64,000 nucleotides of DNA from Mesoaciditoga sp. (GTDB lineage: Bacteria > Thermotogota > Thermotogae > Mesoaciditogales > Mesoaciditogaceae), in the NCBI GenBank assembly GCA_015489955.1, contig WFYR01000023.1, positions 3,175-67,174 of the forward strand, given 5' to 3'. The notes below the pieces were generated by a model. The model did no database searches. It was not told the DNA's origin and saw nothing but the letters and a program-made list of their open reading frames with translations. Shown here one piece after another: positions 40,243-50,553 of this stretch. A program made the position numbers and the translations under genes. How positions within the stretch are numbered: the first letter of the stretch is position 1; each line of letters begins with the position of its first letter.

Positions 40243-40701
40243 ATGTTAGTTTCAATCATCTTGATGTCATCTGTGATATTCGCAACTATAGCGTTGGGGG
40301 TGATTTTCAACAACCGCAAAATATTCAATCGGTTGACTTCCCCTACTAAAACAGGGAAAAAGGTCTTGGGTACTAACATGGCGTCGCTGTTTGGACTTAT
40401 CACTTTTGCACTCGTTACCATGTTTCCAAGCGGTCATGCTTTTGCTCAAAGCGCCAGCGCTGCAGCAACGTCCGTAGCTGCTAATATAAATCCGGGGCTG
40501 GGATACATAGGAGCAGGTCTTTCAACTGGATTGGCTTCAATGGGAGCTGGTATAGGTGTTGGAATAGCTGGTGCTGCTGGAATAGGAGCTATAAGCGAAA
40601 AACCAGAAATGCTTGGGAAAACCCTCATTTACGTTGGGTTGGCCGAAGGTGTTGCAATTTACGGTTTGATCATATCAATAATGATAATGGGAAGGATCTG
40701 A
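40243..40701 (+). CDS. V/A-type ATPase subunit K (c)
   Basis: GAGLSTGLAS.GAGIGVG..EKPEMLGKTLIYVGLAEGVAIYG. Confidence 0.93.
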   Translation: MLVSIILMSSVIFATIALGVIFNNRKIFNRLTSPTKTGKKVLGTNMASLFGLITFALVTMFPSGHAFAQSASAAATSVAANINPGLGYIGAGLSTGLASMGAGIGVGIAGAAGIGAISEKPEMLGKTLIYVGLAEGVAIYGLIISIMIMGRI

Positions 40702-40706
40702 AAAAA

Positions 40707-41018
40707 ATGAAATTCTTCCTTATAAGTGACAACATAGATACCCAGATAGGATTACGTTTGGTAGGGGTAAAGGGTGTTGTTGTTCACGAAAGGGAAGAGA
40801 TTTTAGACGCCGTAAAAAAAGCCAGAAAAATGAAGGACATCGGAGTAATACTAATGACAGAAAAAATAGCAGATGAGATTCCAGAAATTGTTTACGAGTT
40901 AAGAACATCGAAATCTTTGCCACTTTTGACGATCATTCCAGACAGACATGGAACAAAGCGTCCAAAGGATTTCATAACTCGTTACGTCAAAGAAGCGATA
41001 GGGGTGAAGTTGGAATGA
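40707..41018 (+). CDS. V/A-type ATPase subunit F
   Basis: DTQIGLRLVGV, IPDRHG, YVKEAIG. Confidence 0.9.
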   Translation: MKFFLISDNIDTQIGLRLVGVKGVVVHEREEILDAVKKARKMKDIGVILMTEKIADEIPEIVYELRTSKSLPLLTIIPDRHGTKRPKDFITRYVKEAIGVKLE

Positions 41019-41629
41019 ACGTCGAGAAGAAGTTGAATTCACTAAAGGAATACATAAAATCCAAATCTCAGATTGAAGCTGAGAAAATGATAGAAGATGC
41101 TGAAAAGCGCTCAAAGGAAATAGAAGAAGAATACAAAAATAAAGCCAATGAAGCGTACGAAAACATATTAAACGAAGCAAAAACCAAGGTCAGGAACTTC
41201 GAAAGAAAAGAAGAAGCCCAATCAAAAGCTAAAGCTTCTAAATTGCTTTTAGATGCCAAAAATGAAATAATGAAGGCAGCAATGAGAGATTTGGAAGAAA
41301 GCGTGTACGCTTTAAGCTCTACCAAGGATTATCCCATTCTTTTTGAAAAATTGTTGAATGAGGCAATTAATTCTTTAGATGAAAAAGAAATAACAATCCA
41401 AGTTAGAAAAGAAGATAAAGAAATGGCATCTAATTTGTTAGAAAAAATTGAAAAAGAAAGCAAAAAAAGTTTGACTCTTTCAAATGAATTCGTTCCCATA
41501 AAGGGTGGGGTAATCGCACTTGCAAACAACGAGCGTATCGTTATTGAAAATACGCTTGAAAGCAAACTTAGAGAAATGAAAGAAGAGTTTTTAAGCCACG
41601 TGTTTTCAGAATTAAACATTAACGGGTGA
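41015..41629 (+). CDS. V/A-type ATPase subunit E
   Basis: Coiled coil plus GGVIA..RIVIENTLESKL. Confidence 0.88.
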   Translation: MNVEKKLNSLKEYIKSKSQIEAEKMIEDAEKRSKEIEEEYKNKANEAYENILNEAKTKVRNFERKEEAQSKAKASKLLLDAKNEIMKAAMRDLEESVYALSSTKDYPILFEKLLNEAINSLDEKEITIQVRKEDKEMASNLLEKIEKESKKSLTLSNEFVPIKGGVIALANNERIVIENTLESKLREMKEEFLSHVFSELNING

Positions 41630-43425
41630 TGGCAATGAAAAAAGTAGTAGGAGAAGTTTATATGATAAACGGTCCCGTCGTCAAGGCAAAGAATATGACG
41701 GGGGTTATGATGCATGAAGTTGTAAAAGTTGGAAATTTAAAGCTAACAGGTGAAGTGATATCGTTAGATGAAGATTTGGCCACGATAGAAGTTTACGAAG
41801 AAACTTCTGGTTTAAAACCAGGAGAACCCATCGAGGGAACTGGAGAACTGTTATCTGTAACGTTGGGTCCAGGAATAATAAAGAGCGTTTTTGATGGAAT
41901 TCAACGTCCTCTAGAAGTCCTCAAAAGTAAATCCGGGGATTTTCTTGAAAGAGGAGTTAGCGCAGATGCGCTGGATATGTCAAAAGCGTGGGACGTTGAG
42001 ATCATCGTAAAAGAAGGAGAAGAAGTGGTTCCGGGCCAGGTAATAGCCAAGGTAAAGGAAACCGAATCAGTTGAACACCGGATAATGGTTCCTCCGGATA
42101 TTTCCGGAAAGGCAATCAAAGTTCTTAAATCCGGAAACTATACTCTGGATACAACGATTTTAACAGTTGAAACTCCTGATGGTTCAAAAAGAGAAGTTAA
42201 GCTTTACCAAAAATGGCCCGTCAGAATTCCGCGTCCAACGAAAAAGAGGTTAGCCCCATCAGAACCACTTATAACCGGTCAGCGGGTAATAGATACCTTC
42301 TTCCCAATCAGTAAAGGTGGAGCAGCCGCCATTCCGGGAGGGTTTGGAACGGGAAAAACCATAACTCAGCATCAGCTCGCGAAATGGTCAGACGCGGATA
42401 TAGTCGTGTACATCGGTTGCGGAGAACGTGGTAACGAAATGACAGAGGTGTTGGAAGAATTTCCACAGTTAAAAGATCCAAGGAATGGTCATCCGTTGAT
42501 GGAAAGAACCATCCTTATAGCGAACACTTCCAACATGCCAGTTTCTGCCCGTGAAGCTTCAATATATACTGGAGTCACGATAGCTGAATACTTCAGGGAT
42601 ATGGGATATAACGTTGCTTTAATGGCGGATTCAACTTCAAGATGGGCAGAAGCGCTTAGGGAAATATCAGGTAGGTTGGAAGAAATGCCTGCTGAGGAAG
42701 GTTTCCCACCGTATCTTTCGTCACGATTGGCGGAATTCTACGAAAGGGCTGGAAGAGCCGAGGTGCTCGGTAAAGAAGAGAAAATAGGGTCTATTTCGAT
42801 AATCGGTGCCGTTTCTCCTCCAGGAGGAGATTTTTCGGAACCGGTTACCACTCATACCAAGAGATTCATAAGATGTTTCTGGGCACTTGACAAATCGTTG
42901 GCAAATGCAAGACATTATCCATCAATTAGTTGGCTTAACAGCTACAGTGAATACACGGGTGAGTTGAAAGATTGGTTTGAAAAGAACGTTCATCCTGATT
43001 TCGTTGACATGGTGAAAAAGGCCATGAACATATTCAGCGAAGATGACAACTTGCAACAAATAATAAAACTAGTTGGTGAAGATGTTCTTCCAGACGATCA
43101 AAAGCTAGTTGTAAGAGTGGCAAACATACTCAAAATTGGTTACCTACAACAAAGTGCCTTTAGCGATGTGGACGCTTTTTGCGAGGTTAAGAAACAATAC
43201 GAAATGTTAAGGCTTATTTTGCTGTACTACGATCGAGCCATGGAACTTGTTTCAAAAGGTGTAGCCATTTCTGAAGTTTTAGACGAGGAAATAGTAAGCA
43301 CTCTTATGAGGATGAAAGAAAAAATTCCAAATGACAAGTTAAATGAATTCAAAGACATAGAAAAGAAAATGATATCCTTCTTTGATTCCTTAGACGAAAA
43401 ATATCAGCACGTAAAGGAGGCGTGA
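41626..43425 (+). CDS. V/A-type ATPase catalytic subunit A
   Basis: PGGFGTGKT, GCGERGNEM, ADSTSRWAEALREISGRLEEMPAEEG. Confidence 0.97.
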   Translation: MMAMKKVVGEVYMINGPVVKAKNMTGVMMHEVVKVGNLKLTGEVISLDEDLATIEVYEETSGLKPGEPIEGTGELLSVTLGPGIIKSVFDGIQRPLEVLKSKSGDFLERGVSADALDMSKAWDVEIIVKEGEEVVPGQVIAKVKETESVEHRIMVPPDISGKAIKVLKSGNYTLDTTILTVETPDGSKREVKLYQKWPVRIPRPTKKRLAPSEPLITGQRVIDTFFPISKGGAAAIPGGFGTGKTITQHQLAKWSDADIVVYIGCGERGNEMTEVLEEFPQLKDPRNGHPLMERTILIANTSNMPVSAREASIYTGVTIAEYFRDMGYNVALMADSTSRWAEALREISGRLEEMPAEEGFPPYLSSRLAEFYERAGRAEVLGKEEKIGSISIIGAVSPPGGDFSEPVTTHTKRFIRCFWALDKSLANARHYPSISWLNSYSEYTGELKDWFEKNVHPDFVDMVKKAMNIFSEDDNLQQIIKLVGEDVLPDDQKLVVRVANILKIGYLQQSAFSDVDAFCEVKKQYEMLRLILLYYDRAMELVSKGVAISEVLDEEIVSTLMRMKEKIPNDKLNEFKDIEKKMISFFDSLDEKYQHVKEA

Positions 43426-43428
43426 AAA

Positions 43429-44817
43429 ATGCCCCTTAAAGAATACGTTGGTTTATCACAAATAAATGGGCCTTTGGTTTTCATGGAAAATGTTGAAAAT
43501 GTCGGTTACAATGAAGTTGTGGAATTGAATTTCAGAGGGAAAAAAAGACTTGGACAAGTTGTTCAGGTTAGCAAAGAGATGGCAGTTATTCAGGTTTTTG
43601 AGGGAACGGAAGGTCTAAACCTGAACGAAACGAAAGTGAAGTTTTTGGGTAAAACACTTCAAATAAAGGTTTCAGAAGAAATTCTTGGGAGAACGTTTAA
43701 CGGAATAGGAAGACCAATTGATGGAGGGCTTGAGATAGTTAACGGTGTCTACCAAGATATAAATGGCGCACCGATAAACCCGGCTTCAAGAATGTATCCA
43801 AGAAATTTTATACAAACAGGGATATCTGCAATAGATGGTTTAATGACCCTTATCCGTGGACAAAAATTGCCAGTTTTCTCTGGAAATGGTCTTCCACATA
43901 ACAGGTTGGCAGTCCAAATTACAAAACAGGCCAAACTCAAGGGCGAAGAAAGTGGAAATTTTGCAATTGTATTCGCTGCCATGGGAATAAAGCATGACGA
44001 TGCCCAATACATACTTTCAAGTTTTGAAGAATCAGGAGCAATAAGGAACGTTGTTACCTTTTTGAATCTGGCAGACGATCCAACCATAGAAAGAATAGCA
44101 ACCCCACGTGTGGCCCTCACAGCAGCAGAATATTTGGCGTACGAAAAAGACATGCACGTGCTGGTTATACTAACGGATATGACCAACTATTGCGAGGCGT
44201 TGCGTGAACTTTCTACCGCACGAGGCGAAGTGCCTTCAAGAAAAGGATACCCAGGGTACCTTTACAGTGATCTGGCAACCATCTATGAAAGAGCCGGCAT
44301 GATAAATGGCAGAAAAGGTTCTGTCACCCAAATACCTATTCTCTCCATGCCTAACGATGATATAACTCATCCTATTCCAGATCTTACGGGTTACATTACC
44401 GAAGGCCAAATAGTTTTAAGTAGAGAGCTTCAAAGAAAAGGAATATATCCTCCTATAGGGATTTTGCCTTCCCTTTCCCGTCTTATGAAAGACGGTATAG
44501 GTAAGGGATACACGAGAGATGATCATCCACACGTGTCAAGCCAGCTTTTTGCTGCATACAGTCGTGTACAAGAAGTGAGGGCTCTGGCTTCAATAATAGG
44601 CGAAGAAGAGTTAACCGATTTAGACAAAAAATATTTGAAATTTGGAGAAGCCTTCGAAAGGGAATTTTTAAACCAAGGCGAAGATGAAGATAGAAGCATA
44701 GAAGAAACTCTTGACATAGGATGGAAGGTGCTTGGATATCTACCTCCAAGTGAACTCACACGTGTGAGTGAAGAAGAGATAAAAGAACATTATCAGGCGA
44801 GGGAAGAAGCAAAATGA
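43429..44817 (+). CDS. V/A-type ATPase subunit B
   Basis: [40 protein letters not shown]. Confidence 0.97.
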   Translation: MPLKEYVGLSQINGPLVFMENVENVGYNEVVELNFRGKKRLGQVVQVSKEMAVIQVFEGTEGLNLNETKVKFLGKTLQIKVSEEILGRTFNGIGRPIDGGLEIVNGVYQDINGAPINPASRMYPRNFIQTGISAIDGLMTLIRGQKLPVFSGNGLPHNRLAVQITKQAKLKGEESGNFAIVFAAMGIKHDDAQYILSSFEESGAIRNVVTFLNLADDPTIERIATPRVALTAAEYLAYEKDMHVLVILTDMTNYCEALRELSTARGEVPSRKGYPGYLYSDLATIYERAGMINGRKGSVTQIPILSMPNDDITHPIPDLTGYITEGQIVLSRELQRKGIYPPIGILPSLSRLMKDGIGKGYTRDDHPHVSSQLFAAYSRVQEVRALASIIGEEELTDLDKKYLKFGEAFEREFLNQGEDEDRSIEETLDIGWKVLGYLPPSELTRVSEEEIKEHYQAREEAK

Positions 44818-45428
44818 GTGTGAACGTTTCTCCAACGAAAAGCAAGCTTATAGAAACCAAGCGCTCCCTTGCATTGGCAAGGGAGGGCCACACTCTTCTA
44901 GACAAAAAAAGAAACGTGCTCATAAGGGAAATGATGCGCCTGATAGATTCCGCGCGTGAAGTTCAAGAAAAAATAGATGAAGTTTTCTCAGAAGCTTATG
45001 AAAGCTTGCAAAAGGCGAGCTTGAGCGTTGGTATAGAATACGTTGAAGAAGCGGGAACGGCTGTGGAAGAAGAATCGGGCCTTTCCATAAAGTTAAGGAG
45101 TATTATGGGTGTTGAAATTCCAGAAGTAGATGAAATTTCAGAAGAAATAGAGCCTTCATATGGATTTGTGAAAACCAATGCCAATTTAGACAGAGCATAC
45201 AAATCTTTTAAAAGGGCTCTTTCATTGATATCAAGACTTGCGGAAATCGAAACAAAGGTTTATCGCTTGGCCCGAGAAATAAAGAAAACGCAGAGAAGAG
45301 TCAATGCTCTGGAAAACGTTTTGATCCCTCAGTACGAAGAAACAGTTAAATTTATAGAATCTTACATTGAAGAAACAGAAAGAGACGATTTTTTCAGGAT
45401 GAAACGTTTAAAGCAAAAACAAAGCTGA
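44814..45428 (+). CDS. V/A-type ATPase subunit D
   Basis: [26 protein letters not shown]. Confidence 0.95.
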   Translation: MSVNVSPTKSKLIETKRSLALAREGHTLLDKKRNVLIREMMRLIDSAREVQEKIDEVFSEAYESLQKASLSVGIEYVEEAGTAVEEESGLSIKLRSIMGVEIPEVDEISEEIEPSYGFVKTNANLDRAYKSFKRALSLISRLAEIETKVYRLAREIKKTQRRVNALENVLIPQYEETVKFIESYIEETERDDFFRMKRLKQKQS

Positions 45429-45447
45429 CAATTGAAGCTGAATCAGC

Positions 45448-46362
45448 TCAGGTGCTCAATGATTTTTCCACATCTTTTAAATGTGGAAAAGAGGAAAAGG
45501 CACCTGTTTTTTTCGCGGTAAAAGATGCTACCACATTGCCGACTTTACACGCGCGCTCAAGAGTATAAGTATCAACGTTAAAACTATCCTTCAAAAGGCT
45601 GTAAATCATACCTGCGGAAAACGCATCGCCACACCCCGTGGTATCCAAGACATTGGTTTCAACGGCTTTTACGTGAATTATCTTTTTCTCAATTACAACG
45701 TCCGCTCCTTCAACACCCTTAGTTATGACAGTTGGAACTCTAAGATGACGCACTGTTTCTATTATCTTGTTTAGGGTAAATTCATGAAATAAAGCATTGG
45801 CGTCTTCCAAACTTAATTTCACAATATCTGCCATTTTCCAGGCTTCAAATATGTTTTTAACGTATTCTTCTTCATTTTCAGCTACATTTCTTCGGTAATT
45901 TGGGTCAAAAGTAACGAATTTTCCGGTTTCTTTGAATTCCCTTACAAGCTCGAAGATAGCCTTGGCAGAAGAACTGGCAAGCGTGATAGAGCCAAAATGA
46001 ATGGCTTCGAATTCATCGACATCGATATTTGAAAGTTCTTCCACTTTCAAAGAAGAATCTGCCGTACAACGGTTGAATATTTCAAAAGAAGGCACTTTAT
46101 CATGCATGAATACAAATGAAAGAGTTGTATGCAAATTATCTGAAGTCACACTATTCGAAAGATCAATTCCCTCTGAAAGAAGAGTTTCTTTGATCATTCT
46201 TCCAAAAAAATCATTTGAAAACTTTGTCACATACCCTACTTCCACTCCAAGTCTTGAAAGTCCTACTGCCACATTTAAAGAAGAACCTCCAACATGGGGT
46301 TGAAAGCCATTTTCGGTTTTAAACAAATCTACAAGGTTTTCTCCTATAACACATACTTTCAT
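45448..46362 (-). CDS. PfkB family carbohydrate kinase (fructokinase-like)
   Basis: GGSSLNVA, FDPNYR, DTTGCGDAF. Confidence 0.9.
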   Translation of the reverse strand: MKVCVIGENLVDLFKTENGFQPHVGGSSLNVAVGLSRLGVEVGYVTKFSNDFFGRMIKETLLSEGIDLSNSVTSDNLHTTLSFVFMHDKVPSFEIFNRCTADSSLKVEELSNIDVDEFEAIHFGSITLASSSAKAIFELVREFKETGKFVTFDPNYRRNVAENEEEYVKNIFEAWKMADIVKLSLEDANALFHEFTLNKIIETVRHLRVPTVITKGVEGADVVIEKKIIHVKAVETNVLDTTGCGDAFSAGMIYSLLKDSFNVDTYTLERACKVGNVVASFTAKKTGAFSSFPHLKDVEKSLST

Positions 46363-46389
46363 AGTTATCCTTGTTTATCTGACAAATTA

Positions 46390-46408
46390 GGGGGACATTC
46401 TGTCCCCC
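46390..46408 (-). terminator. Terminator-like hairpin in the pfkB leader
   Basis: GGGGGACA-GAA-TGTCCCCC followed by TAATTTGT. Confidence 0.55.
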
Positions 46409-46448
46409 AATCCACACCCTGCGAGTAACAATTCACTCCGCTTTTTTC

Positions 46449-46477
46449 AGTATAACACTAAAAATATCCGCTGTCAA
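46449..46477 (-). promoter_or_regulatory. Sigma-A promoter upstream of the pfkB leader
   Basis: TTGACA-17 nt-TATACT with extended TG. Confidence 0.8.
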
Positions 46478-46491
46478 GAAATCAATTTTCC

Positions 46492-46585
46492 CAACCTGCG
46501 CGTCGATGTGATGTTATGAAGTATTTCAATGTCATTTGAATTTGACTAAAGAACTAAACATGAGGTTAAGAATACAGAACATATC
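46492..46585 (+). repeat. Degenerate copy of the intergenic repeat family
   Basis: CAACCTGCGCGTCGATGT..TATGAAGTATTTCAA and CAGAACATATC match the copies at 54371 and 54970. Confidence 0.6.
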
Positions 46586-46641
46586 GAGAAAGCAAAGTAC
46601 TCACAAACGAGTGCCTAAGCGTGTTTCATACACAAAATGAA

Positions 46642-47337
46642 TCAATTTATTTTCAAACCAACCGGATTGTATTTTTCTCCATAATCGTATGTGTCTATGC
46701 CTTCTATCTTTTTCACTTTGAAGACAACAAAATAGGTTAAGGGCGTTGCGACTACTTCGTATATCACCTTGAAAAGATATTGTGCCACCATAAGAAACAA
46801 GAGGTTATGCGTTGACATAAGACCGGCAAAAGCGATCGTGATGAAAATTGCCGTATCGGCACCTTCTCCTACGACAGTTGAACCTATCGTTCTTGTCCAC
46901 AACCACTTTCCTTTGGTAAGTATCTTCATCTTGCTTAGCACCATGGAATTCAAATACTCTCCTATGAAATAAGCTGTGATAGAAGCCAACACGGCTCTCG
47001 GCGCTAGTCCCAAGACAAGACTGTAAGATTTCGCTTGCGATTGCCACCAAATAGGTGCTGGCAAGGCGTTGACAAGTAAGAAAAAAAGTGCCATAAAAAC
47101 ATTTGCTCCTAAACCCAACCATATAACAAGTCGTGCTCTCTTGAACCCATATACTTCGGTTAATATATCACCGAATATGTAAGAGATTGGGAATATCAAA
47201 ACGGCACCCGGCAATGTGATTCCCCAAAAGTTCACAAGCCTTCCCGCCGTAACGTTAGCCACCAGCAAACATGCAACAAATAATACTGCCAATCCAACGT
47301 AAAGAGGGGTAACCTTCTTTTGATTAGATGAAGTCAT
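46642..47337 (-). CDS. YhhQ/VUT family queuosine-precursor transporter
   Basis: [33 protein letters not shown]. Confidence 0.9.
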   Translation of the reverse strand: MTSSNQKKVTPLYVGLAVLFVACLLVANVTAGRLVNFWGITLPGAVLIFPISYIFGDILTEVYGFKRARLVIWLGLGANVFMALFFLLVNALPAPIWWQSQAKSYSLVLGLAPRAVLASITAYFIGEYLNSMVLSKMKILTKGKWLWTRTIGSTVVGEGADTAIFITIAFAGLMSTHNLLFLMVAQYLFKVIYEVVATPLTYFVVFKVKKIEGIDTYDYGEKYNPVGLKIN

Positions 47338-47735
47338 TTCTTTTCTTTATCTCCTTTTTCTATGATCGTTGTAGCGTCTATGCCACCTCTTGTGTTGTAG
47401 ATTACAGTGATTTTCATCCATTTAGGCTCTAATAGACTGTAAAGGTCGTCGAATATTCTTTGAGTTGCTCTTTCCTGGTAAATTCCCACGTTTCTAAAAG
47501 ATATGAAATAGTATTTCAGAGATTTCAACTCCACGATCTTATCTGTGGGAATGTATTCAATGGAGATCTTCGCGATATCTGGCAATCCGGAAAAAGGGCA
47601 AACCGCTGAAAATTCGTCAGTTTCGTACTTAACTATTTCCCCATCTTTGTTATCGAATTGTATGGTTTCTAAAACATCAGTTTCTATCGCACTTTCATCC
47701 GAAAAATTGTAAGTTCTTCCCTCAGCTTCTGGCAT
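47334..47735 (-). CDS. queF: preQ1 synthase (type I QueF)
   Basis: [13 protein letters not shown], QueF motif [12 protein letters not shown]. Confidence 0.92.
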   Translation of the reverse strand: MPEAEGRTYNFSDESAIETDVLETIQFDNKDGEIVKYETDEFSAVCPFSGLPDIAKISIEYIPTDKIVELKSLKYYFISFRNVGIYQERATQRIFDDLYSLLEPKWMKITVIYNTRGGIDATTIIEKGDKEKK

Positions 47736-47740
47736 GCTAA

Positions 47741-48364
47741 TCACCTCATCAATTCATTTATAAAACTTTCATCATTCAAGATGATTGAAGACCAATTTTC
47801 GAAAATGCCCTCGCATTCTTGAGGTTTTTCCGTTTTTGGCGTGTACAAACAAATCTTCTTTATTTCATCCGAAATTTCGAGATTTTCAAAAGTTTTCATG
47901 CTCATTCTTGCGATGTAAACATAACCCACGTGAACGCGTGAAACCGCATCGTTATCGCTGAATATGTATCCGGCGAACCTCAATTCAGATGGTTTTATGG
48001 CATGGCCTATTTCTTCCTTTATTTCACGGCATGCGGTTTCTTGAATGTTTTCGTCTTGTATGTTAGAATGTCCACCAAAGCCAACCGACAATTTGTTTAA
48101 GAGTCTGTCTTCGCTTCCCTTTCTAACGTAGGTCAATATTCCTTTGAAGGCGCTGTCATCGTAGACTTCAAAAACAACATATGGAATAACCTGTAGTTTG
48201 GATTCATCTTCTTCCAATTCACCGCGTTTGGCAAAGTGTGTATCTATTTTCAAATTTTCACTTTTTTCTTCCTTGATAAAACCAGCAGGTTTTCCAACAA
48301 CCTCTTCTAACTCTTTTCTCAATACAAACCTTATCACTTCGTCGTATTTTTCTTTTGAAAGCAT
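47741..48364 (-). CDS. NUDIX hydrolase
   Basis: [28 protein letters not shown]. Confidence 0.85.
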   Translation of the reverse strand: MLSKEKYDEVIRFVLRKELEEVVGKPAGFIKEEKSENLKIDTHFAKRGELEEDESKLQVIPYVVFEVYDDSAFKGILTYVRKGSEDRLLNKLSVGFGGHSNIQDENIQETACREIKEEIGHAIKPSELRFAGYIFSDNDAVSRVHVGYVYIARMSMKTFENLEISDEIKKICLYTPKTEKPQECEGIFENWSSIILNDESFINELMR

Positions 48365-48402
48365 GATATCCTCCATTCTTATTTTTCCTTAAAAGCCTAA
48401 AC

Positions 48403-48427
48403 AAAACCCACCAATAAAGGTGGGTTC
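48403..48427 (-). terminator. Terminator after tRNA-Pro
   Basis: AACCCACC-TTTATT-GGTGGGTT-TTGTTT. Confidence 0.75.
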
Positions 48428-48429
48428 TT

Positions 48430-48506
48430 TGGTCGGGGCGACTGGATTTGAACCAGCGACCTCCTGCGCCCCATGCAGACGCGCTAGCCATCTGCGCCAC
48501 GCCCCG
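48430..48506 (-). tRNA. tRNA-Pro(GGG)
   Basis: CGGGGCG acceptor stem, AT-GGG-GC loop, CCA. Confidence 0.95.
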
Positions 48507-48552
48507 GCACACACACTTAGCATATCATAAAAGAAAAATATTTTCAATACCT

Positions 48553-48792
48553 TTATGATTTAGACTTAACTGTTTCCTTTGCTTTAGAACTTTTCGAAGA
48601 ATTAGAAGAGGACGATTTCTTACTGTCTGTAATGTAGTAACCGCTCCCTTTAAAAACGACCCCAACATTACCTATTTGCCTTACCATTTTGCTTCCACAA
48701 ACATCACATATAACGTTATCAGCATCGGATATCTTCTTAAGCAACGTAACTTCATGACCACATTTTGGACATACATATTTGTACAATGGCAT
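48553..48792 (-). CDS. FmdB family zinc-ribbon protein
   Basis: MPLYKYVC..CG..C..CG..FKGSGYYITD. Confidence 0.9.
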   Translation of the reverse strand: MPLYKYVCPKCGHEVTLLKKISDADNVICDVCGSKMVRQIGNVGVVFKGSGYYITDSKKSSSSNSSKSSKAKETVKSKS

Positions 48793-48882
48793 GAAATCGC
48801 CTCCATTCTTCTGTTTTTTTACCGTTTACATTTTAATGATAGCAAAAAAACTTTTCAAAAAAAAGAATTTTTCATGCACTTC

Positions 48883-48944
48883 TTGACATTTAAGATCAAT
48901 TAGGGTACAATTGATAAGAAAAGTTTTTGACCGAACGGTAAAAA
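48883..48944 (+). promoter_or_regulatory. Sigma-A promoter plus downstream palindromic operator
   Basis: TTGACA-17 nt-TACAAT; TTTTGACCG-AA-CGGTAAAAA at 48925-48944. Confidence 0.7.
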
Positions 48945-48971
48945 TTCATTTTTCGAAAGGAGAGATAAAAG

Positions 48972-50516
48972 ATGGGTATAGGAAGTACCATCAAGGACAA
49001 AGCTACAAAGTTGGCGATAAGCACGGCGGTTAGCAAATACGTTAATTACATATCGAAAGATCCTGAAAACAATTTTGATAAAGCCATAGAATCTTTGATG
49101 AAATTGGAAAGAACGATAGGAGGAACAAATAACCTATCGAAGTTTGCGAAGTGGACTGAAAAGAACCCAGGTTCAAGGGCTTGGATAATAAGCCTATTCA
49201 AGAAAGATAAAGAAATAGTGAAAAAATTCTTCATAAATTTCCTTGTCAACGTCAATTTGGCTTGGATGAAATACAACAAAGAGGAAACCGTTAAAAAGAA
49301 CGGCTTTGCCGCACCTTACACTATTTTGATAAGCCCTACGATGAGATGTAATTTGGCTTGTAAAGGTTGTTATTCTGCAAATTACACGAAAAACGATGAT
49401 ATGCCCATTGAAAAAGTGGATGACATAATTCAACAGGGTAAGGCAATTGGAACCTACTTCTACACATTCCTTGGTGGGGAACCATTCATCAGATGGAATG
49501 AATTGTATCCTCTTATCAAAAAACATGATGATTGTCTTTTCCAGATATTCACAAACTCCACATTCATAACGGATGAAGTGGCTGATCAGATCAAAGAGCT
49601 TGGAAACGTTTATCCTGTTTTGAGTGTTAACGGATGGGAAAAGGAAACTGACGAAACGAGAGGAAAAGGCGCTTACAAGAAAATCCTTGCCGCAGCTGAC
49701 AAATTAAAAGAAAGAGGCATCATTTACGGAAATTCCTTCGTTTTCATGAGAGATAATTTTGAAACGTTGACATCTGACGAACTTTATGATTTCTGGATAG
49801 ACAAGGGAGCTTTCTTCGGTTGGCTTTTCCTGTTCATGCCCGTTGGCAGAGATCCAATTCCAGAATTGATGCCCTTGCCGGAACAAAGAAGAAAGATGGG
49901 AGAATTTGTTAGAGATCTCAGATCGAGAAAACCATACTTCTTAATGGACTTCTGGAATGACGCTCCAAGTGTTGGTGGATGTATTGCAGGTGGAAGACGT
50001 TACATTCACATCAACAACAAAGGAGACGTCGAACCTTGTATATTCGCGCACTTCTCTACCGATAACTTGTACGAGAAGAGTCTCGTGGAAGCGCTTCAAT
50101 CTCCATTCCTGACTGATATCAGATTCCATCAGCCACACTCAGATAACTTGTTAACTCCATGTATGATCATAGACAATCCATGGGTTCTTAGAGAAGTTGT
50201 TAAAAAGCATCATGCTGTTGCGACGGATGATAGTGAAGGTAAGATAATAGACAAACTCGCACCCGTTCTGGATGAGTACTCCAAAGAAGTACACAAAGAG
50301 CTCGATCCCGTTTGGGAAGAGAAATTCAAAGATCAAATCGAAGAGATAAAGGAAAAAGGAACCACTCATGGTGAAGGTTTGGATAGATTGTGGCTTCAAA
50401 ATCATCCGGAGGAAATAAAACATTGGGCGGAAAAGTACCCATTCATTCTTGAATACGACTTCTTGCAAGAAGCAATTAAAAAAGTCGATGAACTTTCTGA
50501 AGCGGAAGTAAAGTGA
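48972..50516 (+). CDS. Radical SAM protein with SPASM/twitch-type domain
   Basis: CNLACKGC, GGEP, GCIAGGR..HIN..GDVEPC. Confidence 0.9.
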   Translation: MGIGSTIKDKATKLAISTAVSKYVNYISKDPENNFDKAIESLMKLERTIGGTNNLSKFAKWTEKNPGSRAWIISLFKKDKEIVKKFFINFLVNVNLAWMKYNKEETVKKNGFAAPYTILISPTMRCNLACKGCYSANYTKNDDMPIEKVDDIIQQGKAIGTYFYTFLGGEPFIRWNELYPLIKKHDDCLFQIFTNSTFITDEVADQIKELGNVYPVLSVNGWEKETDETRGKGAYKKILAAADKLKERGIIYGNSFVFMRDNFETLTSDELYDFWIDKGAFFGWLFLFMPVGRDPIPELMPLPEQRRKMGEFVRDLRSRKPYFLMDFWNDAPSVGGCIAGGRRYIHINNKGDVEPCIFAHFSTDNLYEKSLVEALQSPFLTDIRFHQPHSDNLLTPCMIIDNPWVLREVVKKHHAVATDDSEGKIIDKLAPVLDEYSKEVHKELDPVWEEKFKDQIEEIKEKGTTHGEGLDRLWLQNHPEEIKHWAEKYPFILEYDFLQEAIKKVDELSEAEVK

Positions 50517-50553
50517 AAAATTAAGAATATTTGAGAATACACAAAATGTATAT

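Noticed and set aside
48365-48430. preQ1 riboswitch upstream of NUDIX-queF-yhhQ
   Set aside because: The only hairpin is the tRNA-Pro terminator; no preQ1 loop consensus found
35846-48506. Genomic island integrated at a tRNA
   Set aside because: No integrase, no duplicated tRNA 3' end and no obvious compositional shift
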